64,000 nucleotides of DNA from Obrimoposthia wandeli (Eukaryota). Positions 1 through 12,792 of the stretch are shown here, piece by piece (within the stretch, counting starts at the first letter, position 1; the number at the start of each line of letters is the position of its first letter). Location of the stretch: assembly GCA_977020255.1 (NCBI GenBank), contig CDROCS010002147.1, positions 248,001 to 312,000 on the forward strand, written 5' to 3'. The notes below the pieces were generated by a model that worked only from the letters and a program-made list of their open reading frames with translations, made no database searches and was not told where the DNA came from. A program made the position numbers and the translations under genes.

Positions 1-1
1 T

Positions 2-898
2 GGTCGTGTGCTGCTCGTCAAGCACAAAGGAAACGGTACTTTCTTTGCTCTGAAAGTGCTTAGCAAATTGGAGATCATCAAAAGTAAACAAATTGAAAAT
101 GCCCTCAACGAAAAAAAGATTCTTGCGTGCGTTGAATTTCCATTTCTGAACTATCTGGCCTACAGCTTCAAAGATAACAGTTACCTGTACATGGTGTTGG
201 AATTCGTCATTGGTGGTGAAATGTTTACATTACTGAGAAATATGCGCAGATTCCCCGACAATTTGGTGAAGTTCTACGGCGCTCAAGTTATTATGACCTT
301 TGAATATCTGCACTATCTTAACATTGCCTACCGAGATCTGAAGCCGGAGAATATTCTCATAAATGCAGACGGCTATCTGAAAGTGGTGGATCTCGGATTT
401 GCCAAAGTCATCCCGAAAGACAAGCGTACCTGGACACTGTGTGGTACGCCCGACTACATGGCGCCAGAGATCATTATGAACAAGGGTTACCACTGCGCCG
501 TGGACTGGTGGGCCTTCGGTGTGCTACTTTACGAGATGACAGCTGGCTTCCCACCCTTCATGCACCAGGACCAGATGAAGACGTTCGAGCACATCATCGC
601 CGGTAAGGTGAAGTTCACGTCCAGCTTCTCCAGTGACCTCAAGGACCTCATCCGCAATCTGATCCAGGTGGACCTAAGTCGTCGATTCGGGAATCTGAAA
701 AACGGGGTTGCAGACATAAAATCGCACAAGTATCTTGTTGATGTGGAATGGATGGACCTCTACAACAAGAAGCCAAAAGCACCATACAAGCCTAAATGCA
801 AAGGTCCAGATGACACCAGCTGTTTCGACAAGTGGGAGGAAGAACAGTTCAAGATATCTGAAAAAGACAAATTCAAAACAGAATTCGAGGAGTTTTGA
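2..898 (+). CDS. PKA-C: cAMP-dependent protein kinase catalytic subunit (PKA-C), 5'-partial, no intron in the visible part
   Basis: Frame is open from the window edge (GRVLLVKH, end of the Gly-rich loop). Contains ALK, NEKKIL, YRDLKPEN, D(L)GFAK, RTWTLCGTPDYMAPE, VDWWAFG, the AGC tail DTSCFDKWEEE and the terminal FxxF motif EFEEF, then TGA at 896-898. The true start lies upstream of the window. Confidence 0.96.
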   Translation, partial: GRVLLVKHKGNGTFFALKVLSKLEIIKSKQIENALNEKKILACVEFPFLNYLAYSFKDNSYLYMVLEFVIGGEMFTLLRNMRRFPDNLVKFYGAQVIMTFEYLHYLNIAYRDLKPENILINADGYLKVVDLGFAKVIPKDKRTWTLCGTPDYMAPEIIMNKGYHCAVDWWAFGVLLYEMTAGFPPFMHQDQMKTFEHIIAGKVKFTSSFSSDLKDLIRNLIQVDLSRRFGNLKNGVADIKSHKYLVDVEWMDLYNKKPKAPYKPKCKGPDDTSCFDKWEEEQFKISEKDKFKTEFEEF

Positions 899-1749
899 GT
901 TAAGTGAGGAAATTCCGGTGATAAATATGAAAATTTGGTAGATATCTAACAATAGTCGAATAATAGTACCAATTAAATTAATTTTCTTGCAGCTGATAAA
1001 ATAATTTGCCATATTTATCTCTCTTAAGTTGACTGAGCTGTATTTATTTATGAAGTCAGGGCAGTGAATTAATCTTTTCTTCAATTTTAATTGTTTTTCT
1101 ATTCAATTCTTTTTAGAAATAAAAAATGGTTTCTTTTAGTTTTGCTGTCAGTTAAATTTTATTTGTCAATGTAGTCGACTGTCTTATTTCTTTCCCAATC
1201 TAATAAGTTTTACGTTATACTTTTTATTTTTTTATGAAATTTAATTTATTTTCATTTAAAAATTTCAGATCAATAAAACTAAAGTTAACCGAGGACTTAT
1301 ATTATGTTTATTTAAAGGTTACCTACTTAACCTTGAACATAAGTTTTCAATAATGTACTTTTGGACTACAGTAGTAATCATTTAAATATAATAATGGCCC
1401 ATTTACAAATTTTGAAGCACGTAATATGTACTTTGTTGCACTATACGATATATAATTAATACATTTCTTTAACTTTTATATAAGTAAAAATTCAAGGGTA
1501 AAAAATTATAGAAAATCAATTAATTATATTCTATATGAATTTTGATAATCATTGAAATAGAAAAATGCAAAAATGTTAAAAAATCAACATTAAGAAAAAT
1601 CATTTAGCAGAATATCCTAGAATATACAAATGCAGGCAAAAATCTTTTTGTACTTTCTTAAGTGAATTTAGAGACCTAATTTTTATTGACAGCAACCAAC
1701 TTAATAATCTCTCTTTGTATGTCAAACTTATTTTGTCGACCATTTTTAT

Positions 1750-1960
1750 AAACACATTATGCAAGTAATCCCAGGCATTTTCTTTTGGATTCAGATTGGC
1801 AAAAGACTTGGCTCTTTCTTAATATTGACATTATTAGGTTGAAGATGTGTAATCATCGATTTTTAGACATGCGATGGGGCATTATTTTGGGCAAATTTCC
1901 CGTTGTGCTTCACAGTATTCATCATTTATGTCTGCAGTACATCTTGATATCTTTCATTAT
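1750..1960 (-). mobile_element. Tc1-like transposase remnant (catalytic C-terminal part)
   Basis: Minus strand reads YQDVL, AQNNAPSHV (cf. QQDNAPxH) and NLNPKENAWDYL (cf. DLNPIENxW) in different frames. Confidence 0.6.
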
Positions 1961-4900
1961 TCTGGATTCCTTCAATAAAATTCAGCTTTGAACATACAAT
2001 TAATGAACATCCACCAGCTTATCGTTGATCTGTAGTTATTGTATGTTTCTTAAGATAGTGTCAATAATAATTTACGTGACCTGATTCATAGAGGTTCTAG
2101 TGTTTTTCCTCACAAAATCAAACTTTAAATCAATCTTGTTTGACATTAACTTTACAAAATTCGATGGTTTACAAAATTCCCAGTCATAACAGAGTTTAGA
2201 GGCATGTGGATATATTGATCCAAACAAAATTTAAGATAGAAGATGTTATGGAAACAGTATTCGAAACAAAAAAGGTTTTATCCGTTGAATAGCGCTAGAT
2301 CTTCTTAAATTTGTTGCACTGTTTGAAGAAGTTGAATGGAAGTGCGGACAAATATTTTATCATAATAATGTCAGATGGTTAAGTTGAAGAGTAATAGAAA
2401 TATTTTTTGCAATTTAATAAATATAATCCAAGTTTTATAAATAAAAAAAAACTGAACAAACAATATCAAGATACATTCACCGAAGTTTGATTGTTTCGGC
2501 ACTAAGGATGGATGTTTGAAATTGAGACATGTTTTAAAGTAAGTTTTGAAATTTATGCTTGGTTCATCGCACATCGCCAGTTCTGTTTTTTTCAAAAATG
2601 TCAGAATAGGCATTTGGATTAAATTACGCGTCTACAATAAAAAAGCTACACATCGTATTCATTGAAAGTTTGAGAGTAAGTTAAGATTTGACGAAATTAA
2701 TCATTATAATTGGCTCGTCTAACACAATTTCTAAGCAGGATGGTATTTTTTAACTGTAATGATGTTTACCTGGAAAAATGTTTAATTAATGTTTCTCCTT
2801 TCTTCTTCACGTTGAGACCATCATTACATTTTCCACAATCATTTTCATATTAAAAAAATATTGATGCAGCTGACTATTTATTTACCAGTCGTATTGGTTT
2901 CTGAATGATTTCATGGAACCATTGAATAGCAATTTATAAATATATTGAGCAAATAGTAGTAGTACAAAATGTATAGCAACGTCGATGTTCTCATGTAGTT
3001 ACTCAACCATATTTATAATAGCTATGTGGGTCTCACCGTTTTTGAGTTTGAAGGAATGTTTCTGAAAGCTTTTACACCCTCTCTAAACCAGTTCCAAAGG
3101 AAGAGTGGTTAACCAAACTTTAGACCTAAGTAATTCAGGTATCGTGGTTCAATATCTTAGTTCATGTTGCTAAACACATGAAGAAACCGAGTCTGATGTT
3201 CTTCTCGTCGCACTTGCGGCAAAAACCACATTCATGAGAGCATTGCGTTTGCAATAACCAATCATATCCAGCATGTGTTCCATATGAAATCACCATAAAC
3301 TAATGGTCACATTCATCGACCAGTTGCTATCCTACTCTTTGATTATTTTCTTTCCCTACTCATGTCATGATTGATGATGATCTTCTTACTTTGGACGCGC
3401 TTGATACTTGATTTATCTGATTGACTGACCCCTCCCGAAGGCTTCTGAAATTTCATTTCCTATGACCCACAGTGGGTCAGAATCCATGTCATCATGATGA
3501 TTTTCTTTTTTCATGTTGATAATACATTTCGAGAGGGTTTGAACGTTGAACTTACTGCCGTTCACTATCGTCACATAATTTAGACACCATACATCATATT
3601 TCGTAACAATCACGGCTTATCTCACCGATTGTTCTTTTTACTTCAGCAGTTGTTATAAAAGGACCAACATGATCAGGTTCTACTTATTATGGTATTGGAA
3701 CTTCTCGTGTGCTAACCCTTGATTCTTGATGACGTTCACTCTCCTCATTTCGTTTGGTTCCAATCTTAATTCATTTACATTCTTCCGCCCACGGCTCTAG
3801 CATTCTTTCTCTAACCGATGCACTGCAATTGGTTGCTCTCTAATTCATTTCATTTCCTACATTATCTTTCTTCACCCGACGTAACACACTATTGACCTCT
3901 TTTTCTATGTTTGTAGCAGTGATTAGAGGTATCTCTTCACGATCATGTCTTTCACATCCGCGAGTGTAGTAATAACCTTTTTACATCTCTTGTTGATCAA
4001 GTTCTTTCTCTTCTCCCTCATAGCTGATTTTGCCCGTATTTTATGTGGTCACCTTCTTCATACATATTGCAAATCTCATACAACACTCCATTCTGAAGAG
4101 ATTTGAATAATTCACAAAACATTGCCGACTGATCTTGTTCGTTGGTTTACTTAGGATAATATTCACAATAAGAGTTTCATTTTTATCACTAGCACTCTTC
4201 CTACATTTGTAATTCTTATCTTCTTTTTACCGACCGTAAAAGGTCCCTTTGTTAACTATATTACACTCAAATAGACACAGTGATCACACTGTATACACAG
4301 ACGACCACTCACATCACAAAACCTTGGCACATTGCAGTAGAGAGCTGAAAACCCTAAATACTCCCTCGGGTTTGGTTCCTTCGCTCACTTCTTGGGAATT
4401 TATGGTAAATCACTGGAATTCGGGACCATGTGTAAATACTTGTGGATGAAGACTATCAGTTGCCAGTAGCCTTATGTTGTAGTGATAGTGGTATGGTGCT
4501 GCTCAGCTGGTTAGAGTTAGGTTTCAGACAATATCAACAAATAAAGTGGAAAACCGATCTAAAGTCTAAGAGACTATTATTGACGTCAAATAAAGCTAAA
4601 CTAAAACTAAACATATGTTTTAATAATTTTCAAGTATTTCCCTTGAGAGATGAATAATTATTAAATAAAACTGAAATATTTTTAAATGTCAACAACTAAA
4701 TAATTCAATTACATATCATGTTTTAATAATAAAACCCTAATATTATTAATATTGTTCTTTAAATTAAAGATAATTAGAAACTAAATTAATTTTTATACAA
4801 AATTTGGATTCTAAACAAACATTTTTCTAAACATCTTTTCAAAATTAAGTTATCAATTTTCTTGATAAGGTTTGATGATGTTAAATAAGTTGTTGAATCT

Positions 4901-6479
4901 GTTGAACTTAATTAAAAAATAATCAAAATATTATATACTACTTTATTAAGATTATCAAAACTGGTAAATAATACAAATGGCCAGGGGGCCAACAATTATG
5001 AGAGTTCTCTAATAAAAATTTATATATTTTTAAAACGTCAACATAAAAAATGACGACGATGATTATAAATAAAAATAATGACCTGTAGTATTTTTCGTAA
5101 GAAGAGGTCCGTCACGATGCCCAGTAATTTTTTCTTATTCTAATTTCCAAAAATCAGGGTTTTCATATCCTTTTAATTCCTATGTAGTACCCAGGAGCTT
5201 TTGATTCAGATTAAATAATCTAAATGGGGTTTAGTTTATTTGATGTATTGCCCACTTAGGTTCCATCGGGTAACCCGTTAGTAGGTGTGTCTTCCTGTTG
5301 GTATTGCAAAGTTTTATGTAATTCTTAGACTTTAGAACTTTTTTACCCAAATATGTGATTTTGATGAGCCGTACATTTTTCAATTGGAAATGATGTTTTG
5401 TTCATTTATTTGCGACTTTTAGATGTCTAGAATTCATTTTTTAAGTTTAATTAATTAACGTTTTAATTAACAAAAAAACACATTTGAAACAATTTCGAGA
5501 ATACATGAAATAAATCGATATTTCATTACTAATGTATGTGTAGTTCAGATTTTGAGATAAGGTCTTTCTTTAAAAAGTTATTCGTAAAAAGGTGAATTTT
5601 ACATAAAATTAATTAATATTTTAAAACTATTAATCTTTAATACATAACTGGTCACTACATAACATTTTAATAAGTATTTTGGTATAAACTTTATACATAA
5701 CTTAAGCATTTGTTAATTATTTGATTTATATTTTTTAATGATAGTTATTTAAGTTTTTGTTATTTTAATGTTCCTTTAAGTTTAACTTTAACAAATCAAA
5801 ACACATATCACATTCAATAAAATTTATTATTTCTAGAAAATTTCTTTCTAAAATTTTTAAAAAATTAAACTGAAACTAATTGAAATCAATTTATATAACT
5901 TGCATATAACTTGTTGTAATGTACATTGTGAGTAACAAGATGATAAAATTAAATAAATGATGACATTCTTAAAACATCAGTTTGACATCAGTGGATGGGA
6001 AGTTACCAATTGTTTTCTATATTCTGTGATTTAACAAGAACTAAACGAAACATATTTATTTGATAACAGTATTGTAGTGTTGCACCGTGAGTGATACCCA
6101 ATTGATTTCCGATTACCTGGCTCTCGGCTACTAAGCAGCTATTGAATTCTGAAATTTAATATTATGATTTGTAGTAATTACATTTCTCATTATAATAATC
6201 ATCATCACCACAATTATTATCATAATCATGTTATTATACTACAAATAGGCAATGAAGTGTTACCTTTTATAAATTGCAAAATATTGTAAAATCACCTGCG
6301 AAAAAGTGCGAATTCGAACCTTATATTTTTCAAGATTAGCTCATATTTTAAAATAATTTGCACTTTCATCATAAATGTAACAAAAATAAGGAAACAAAAA
6401 ATTGAAAATTTTAAATAAACTAAATCCACTTTATTTAAAGTTTTCTACAAAATGAAAAAGTCATTTTCAATATCATGAA

Positions 6480-6860
6480 AGCACTCTTTTTGTTATGTTT
6501 GTGGCAAATTTATGAAGAAAATGTTAAATTATTCTTTAGAAATGGAAATATTAAGCTTCAATAGCCAAGCCATCATAAAAGATTTTATTCAAAGCAACGA
6601 TTTATGTTAATGCATAAATTTTCGAAATCTAATGGAAGCTATTCAAATAAATTAAATGAGTAAAAATGAATTATTTTCATATATGATTCCAGGAAGGTTT
6701 TAAAACGCAAATTGTAACATTCTAAAGCAACGTTCTGGTAATTCCAATTGCATATGGACGAGAAATTCAAGAAACATTTGATAATCTAAATTGAGTCTCA
6801 GTTTATTGATTATAAAAAGCACGATTGGTATATTTGTTGGAACCTCAAAGTAGTGATGCA
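6480..6860 (+). mobile_element. DNA transposase remnant, probably CMC/Chapaev-type
   Basis: HSFCYVCGKF (6482-6511), VIPIAYGREIQETFDNL (6738-6788) and KHDWYICWNLKVV (6817-6855) match motifs of a widespread transposase family (CYICG; PIAYS..KETYEN; W.ICGDLKV). The superfamily name is from memory. Confidence 0.55.
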
Positions 6861-7224
6861 AAAAAACGCATTTTTTCGTTTCCATAAGTTTTTTTTCTTC
6901 GTTTTTTCCAATATACTTAAAAATATTACATAAGTTCTTTAGAATCTAATTTTTATTAAATTTACTTTACTTTTTGTTGGTTCAAAACTACTTAATGAAA
7001 CCACGAAAAATATTTATAGGTTTGTGAAATGTAAGAACCTTTTGAATTCGTATCATAACATGCTCAAGCCAAATTTAACTATCAGATTGAGATTCTAAAG
7101 TATAGAGGTTCATAGTGTTCGTTAGAGATAGAATAAAACATATATCCTTTACATTTTGATAATATGCCGGATCTATGACGGTCTAGGACTACGACCCCTA
7201 AAAAGGTATGAAAGATATTTATAT

Positions 7225-7312
7225 GAAACATCAGGAAGTGATAAGACTTATTTTACTCTTATACTATTAATAACAACAGATGGTACAAAGATTCCAACAA
7301 TGGTTAGTTTTT
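7225..7312 (+). mobile_element. pogo-like DDE transposase fragment
   Basis: ETSGSDKTYFTLILLITTDGTKIPTMV resembles pogo T.G.EK..FTVVL...ADGTKLPPM. Confidence 0.55.
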
Positions 7313-7959
7313 TAAAAAACTGTAAATTCCTCTTTGTTTCATCATTATTAATTCAAAACACAAAACGTTTCAATTCACATGTATTGCCACGTACAATAAA
7401 TTGTGTATGTCTCGCTTTATATAACCCAGACCACATTACACACCTACGTATGAGCGACAAGAAAGCACGTAAGAGTGCATATCATAATTCAGCCTGTCCT
7501 TGACCTATTTAAATTAATTACTGATTAGACAAATTTACTTAATCAGCGAAATATTATCGACAAAAAGCATTATCTAAGAAATAGTAGTAGAGTGTCTGCT
7601 CATCCTGAACGAAGACTGCTCGATGTGTCAGTGAATACACATTCTTTGTTCTCAAAATCAATGACTCAATGTAATTTTTTATTCAAATTTTCGTAACATA
7701 TTTTAAAACTTACATCTCTTTTAATCTCAAGTTATCATTGAAATGCAGTCTTCACCATAGGATAACCCTAACCTTCTACCTAACCAATTCTAAGGAGCAC
7801 ACCTTCAAAGTCACACATTTAAGGGACAAACACGAACTTAGTCAATAATAATCTATTTAATATATATAGGTAAATAATATTGTTAAAATCATTCTTGCAC
7901 CTCAGATGAACGTAAGTTGCAAAAAGATGCAGCTATTTAATATAAAAACATTTGGTTTA

Positions 7960-9965
7960 AATACATCAATTTCACAACATCCACAACACAAAGAAAAACA
8001 CACACAACTACACACAAAATAGTAACTACTGGATATCCATGCCATACAAGAGTGCGACTTTTACTACCAGATAAGTTGGCAGCTGCAAAAGACACTTTCT
8101 ACAACCTCATAAATGACAATACCATCAGACCATCAGATTCACCATGGTCAACCGCCCTAATGATGAAATAGAAATCATCAGGCGAATGGCGCAGTTGTGG
8201 CGACTACCGCCTTCTTAACGCATCAGCTACACCAGACTCCTACCCATTACCACTCATCAACGATATAACACGTAGAATAGGAGGAGCCACAATATTTTCT
8301 AAATTAGATTTAAAAAGCGCATACCACCACATTCCAGTAGATATAGCAGACATTCAAAAGACCGCCATCATAACACCATTCGGTCTTTTTGAATACACCA
8401 AAATGCCATTTTGGCTTAAAAAACTCCGCCACCACTTTCCAAAGATTAATGGACAACATCTTCCGAAACACAAAGAACGTCATAAACTACATAGACTACA
8501 TCCTGATAGCGAGCAAAAACAAAACAGAACACGAAAAAGACATAAACAATACCATGAAAGTAATAACCGACAACAACCTCACACTAAACAAAGAAAGATA
8601 TGTTTAATACAAAACATCAATAATTTTTTTTAGGATTCACTCTGACTTAACATGGTATACAACCTAATGAGAACAAAATGAAAACAATAAATAAATTTCC
8701 ACCTCCAAACAACATTAAACAACTAAGAGGTTTTTTATGCATGATAAATTTTTATCACAAACATATCAAAAGTTGTGCTCATATCCTAGCCCCATTAAAC
8801 GAAATGATCAAGAATAAACATAAAATAGTGAAAATCAAATTACATCCACAACACATGATACATTTTGATAACGTAAAAGACTCACTTCTCACGCCAAAAC
8901 CCTAACATATCCATTTACCGGCACAAAAATCACCTTAACCACGGATTCGTCAAACACAGCAATAGGAGCAGTTCTAAACCAAACTGATAAAAATAACAAC
9001 ACACTTCCATTATCATTCTTTTCACAAAACTTAAAGTTCACCAAATTAAATACTCACATACGATAGAGAACTTCTCGCCATCAACCAAGCCATAAAACAC
9101 TTCGAAAACATTTTAATCGACAATACATTCGACACATTCACCTACCACAAGCCACTCATACATCCACTCATAATGAAAAACTCTTCATCAAGACAGTCAA
9201 GAAGACAACAAAGAAAGATACATTTCACAATTCAACACATCGATAAATTATATTCCAGGCTCATCCAACATAATATCCAGACCACCTGAAACAATCAACA
9301 ACATAGAACAAATATTTGAAAGACACGAAATAATAAACAGACAAAACATAAACGAACTTCCTCCAAGATCTTTCGACATTACAAATTCGAACGGAATATG
9401 GTACGACATAACAACCCCAGGACTGATCAGAACTATTTTATTAAAAGAACTTAGACAGAAATCCATTAAACACTACCACGACACTCATCATCCAGGAATC
9501 AAAGCTACATTCGATATCGTTAGATAACATTACATTTTGAAGAACATACGAAAAGACGTTCAGAACTACGTCAAGTCATGCACACAATGCAACCTTTATA
9601 ATTCACAAAAACATGTAAAAACCATAAAACTATAAATCACATGCGACACTCCTTTCCACACAATCCACATTGATTTACTTGGTCCGTTACCTCTACATGA
9701 CAAATACACACACTTGCTAACAATGATAGACAACAACACAAGTTGGTACACAGCCACCCCAATTAAAGAAACATCTGCAAAAACAATTATTGTTCCCATT
9801 ACAAGATAGCGATACCACAATAGTTATGTTATATGTGTTTCTTTGTATGTTTTTATTATTGCTATATTGACTAGTAATTAGCACCTAAGCTGCATAATTG
9901 AAGTTTTAATTAAATAATAAAAAATCAATAAATCTTTATCGCTTCCCAACTTCTCAACTACCACA
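7960..9965 (+). mobile_element. Truncated Ty3/Gypsy pol (RT-RNaseH-integrase) with putative 3' LTR; relative of the 33.6-kb element
   Basis: RT: PSDSPWSTALMM, WRSCGDYRLLN, DSYPLP, FSKLDLKSAYHHIP. RH: TTDSSNTAIGAVL, DRELLAI. IN: HHPGIKAT..CTQC, IHIDLLGPLP. Many stops and frameshifts, strongly A/C-rich. No gag or 5' LTR seen. Confidence 0.9.
9827..9965 (+). repeat. Putative 3' LTR of the truncated Gypsy element
   Basis: Begins TG after AGTTA (the 33.6-kb element also has AGTTA|TG at its PPT/LTR border) and ends CA. Shares TGTGTTTCTTTGT and AAAAATCAATAAATC blocks with the 183-bp LTR. No partner LTR is present. Confidence 0.5.
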
Positions 9966-10959
9966 AATCAACCTAACAATAATATATAATAGTTTTTAAA
10001 AAAGTTTAGCTACCTTCTATTAAAAGTAGCCTTATTTTTCACATTTAAATTAATTTTATCTAATTTAACATAATATTTTTTAAAAATTAAATATAAATAA
10101 TGAGTACTATTTAATTATAAATTTAAGTATTATATAATTTACTATATTTAATTACATATGATTATTTACTTATAAAAATATATATAATATAAATTTCTAA
10201 ATTTTATTATGATTTACGTTCTACTTATAAAGGTAAGTATTAGATAATTACTAAAGTAAATTAGTAAATTTTATATAACTATCTTTTGATAATGGGTAAC
10301 AAAAAGAGATACAAAAAATTTCTAAGAAGTTACAAACACTTCAATATTTTAGAAGCAATTATTTGAGCCAGAATTACAAAGTGGTTGATGGGTGAACTTA
10401 AGATACACAGGAGATTTCTCCGCTTTGGTTTGAACTCCAATTCCAATATCTTATTTTTCAGAAAACTTTGTTTAAAATTCTTAAATTAAATAAATAATAT
10501 TATAACTATATGTATTTACATGTATATCTGAGTATGAAACAAATATAGTCAAGTACTGCGACAAGTAGGAGATCATCCATTCTACTTATCAGAGCAATGT
10601 CTCCTACTCTTTTCAACCTCGAATGCCTGCTTCTATGGCAATCCCTTATCTGTTCTAGCCACTCATTCCAGTCGTAGCCTATCCTGTCAAACATACTGCT
10701 AATTCTATCATAGCAGTTAGACCTTTGGATGCTACTGCACCTTCGAATACGACTACTGCTATAAGTTATGCAGCATTTACCCACAAGAGAAGTGTTATGT
10801 ATACTTCAAGTAATGCTGCTGTTTAGGTGTTTAAGAGGAAACTTTAAGGTATTTCAGTCATCGCTACTAAAACAACGTAGCTGAATTATATTCAGGGGCC
10901 AGTTAGATCGCAAATTCGTATGATCTTCTCGTCTCTAGAGCAATAGAGTACATGAATAG

Positions 10960-11680
10960 TTCTATATGCTGGCCTATCTGAAGATGGACGTCCACCTCAT
11001 GGTGGACATATTTACGGCTCCCCAGGAGAAGGATATTATTGACGATGTGCTGGAGCCGCTCAACGTCTTCACTTTTACTAGTTTAAAATATTTTATAATT
11101 TTCTTATTTTTTAATATTTTATTTAATACGAATAATAAGAATAATAGTTATTAATAATCTCTTTAGTACTTATTTAAAATAATGCTTTAAAATAAGAAAT
11201 CTTGTAGTAGTCTCTTTAGTAATTATTTTAAATATGGAACATACTTCTTAAAATCGTTTTAGTTTCATCAATTATTTCTCCTCAAAACTGGACTTACTGG
11301 ACTCGCTGCTATGCACTGATGAACCACTTCATATTCGTCCCGTCATCCCAACAGAAACTCTAATCAAGGTTGAGCTAGTGCAGGATCCAGATATGTATGC
11401 TTTCTTTCGTAAAAGCACCCGAGTGGCATCACTTTTGTCAAAATGTCCAAGGTTGACGCCATCAATGGACAAGATTTATTTTATATTGATGTAAATAATA
11501 TGTATGGTTGGTGTATGAGCCAATTTTAGCGTATGGTGGGATTGTATAGGTGACTGGTACGACTGAGTTAGAAGTTATAATTTTCGAGCTAGCTTATATT
11601 GATCTAAGCTTTATTAACTTTGCTCATATTTTGAAGACGATTTATGTGATCCAGCTGAGCTACATGATTAACTTGATAAG
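10960..11680 (+). pseudogene. Protein-primed DNA polymerase B (Polinton/Maverick-type) relic 1
   Basis: Collinear motifs: LAYLKMDVHLMVDIF (cf. YLKTDVLLLADVF), VELVQDPDMYAFFRKSTR/GGITFV (cf. ELLTD.DM..F....RGG), FYIDVNNMYGWCMSQF (cf. YLDANNLYGWAMSQ.LP), IFEDDLCDPAELHD (cf. ILEVDLEYP.ELHD). Frameshifted and interrupted by AT-rich DNA at ~11060-11280. Confidence 0.8.
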
Positions 11681-12792
11681 AGTAAAGCGGAATAAGAATA
11701 TGAAAACAAATACGGTTGAAAATACGCCACTGGAAAATTTTAAAATAAATTAAACATTTCATGTAGATTGTAATGAATATTTCGAAAAATTTAACTAATA
11801 AACTTTAAAGTCGAAAAACATGCAAAAAGATTCACACACACTTTCTCATAAGATATTTTAATGAAATTATTTTTGTTCTTTCAATTTCGCATATTCAGCA
11901 TTTTTGTTTTTAGTTAAAGCTTTCACTAATAGTTGTGAATTTTTAATTTTAGAGACACATAATATTCACTATGTATTCAATAATAAAAAGATAACTTGGT
12001 TTTGTATATGACTTTTTGAAAAATTAAAAGAGTTTTCTCAGTAGATGTCCTTTATGACAAATAAGGTCACATTATATTTTAAGGTTACTGATTTTAAATA
12101 ATTTATATTTCATGATTTTGAATAATTTGGATATTTTATGATTGGTTTAATAAATCCTTTCGTTTCTTCTTCTTAACTTTTTATTTAAATAATGAATTTT
12201 ATATTAAATTTAATAATTATTAAAGAATTTCCAGTAGTTGGGGTAGTAACCTTCAAATATGATGTAAAGTTCCTTTTGAATAATATTTTGAAAAATTAAT
12301 AGTGCACTTATTATATAGTTTATAACCATATTTATAACGTCTTTTGTTAAATACTAACGAACTTTACATAATAATTACTTATTAATGTTATTTTAACGAC
12401 TGCGTCTGCATTTAATAGACACGCAATACTTTTAAATTTTAATTTGTGAAATTTTCGGAGAGAAAACAGAAAAAGACAATTTTTGTTGAAATAATGTATT
12501 GCTCAATAGGTCTTCAAATTTGATTTGAAAATTTGCTTCCATCTAAATAAAAATTATTAAGATAAATTTAAGAATTTATTTAATAAAAATAATATTTAAT
12601 TTGTATGTTGATTTTTAGTTAACTCACAGCAGAAGTTATCAAATGTGATAAGAAGAGAATCCAAAAATATTTGAATATAATACGTATTATTTTTTTAAAA
12701 ATGTGTACCTCATTTTTCAGATTTCTAAATTAGATATTTTTCTAAAAATTTTGATTGAAATGATTACCCAGTGGCATATACGTATATATGAT

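Noticed and set aside
230-1084. Four short ORFs overlapping the kinase (230-493, 529-729, 674-1084, 735-941)
   Set aside because: Antisense or off-frame shadows of a GC-rich CDS; no motifs.
2850-4440. Decayed minus-strand coding-like region, possibly a BEL/Pao or Gypsy relic (GTHAGYDWLLQT; LTR-like block 4250-4430)
   Set aside because: Only one weak motif; no clear PBS, second LTR or TSD.
10500-10830. Ser/Ala/Thr/Pro-rich plus-strand frame and minus ORF 10506-10784
   Set aside because: Contains stops, no recognisable domain, no supported splice structure.
11316-11360. CTGATGA...GAAAC, resembling a hammerhead ribozyme core
   Set aside because: No stem II or flanking helices can be formed.
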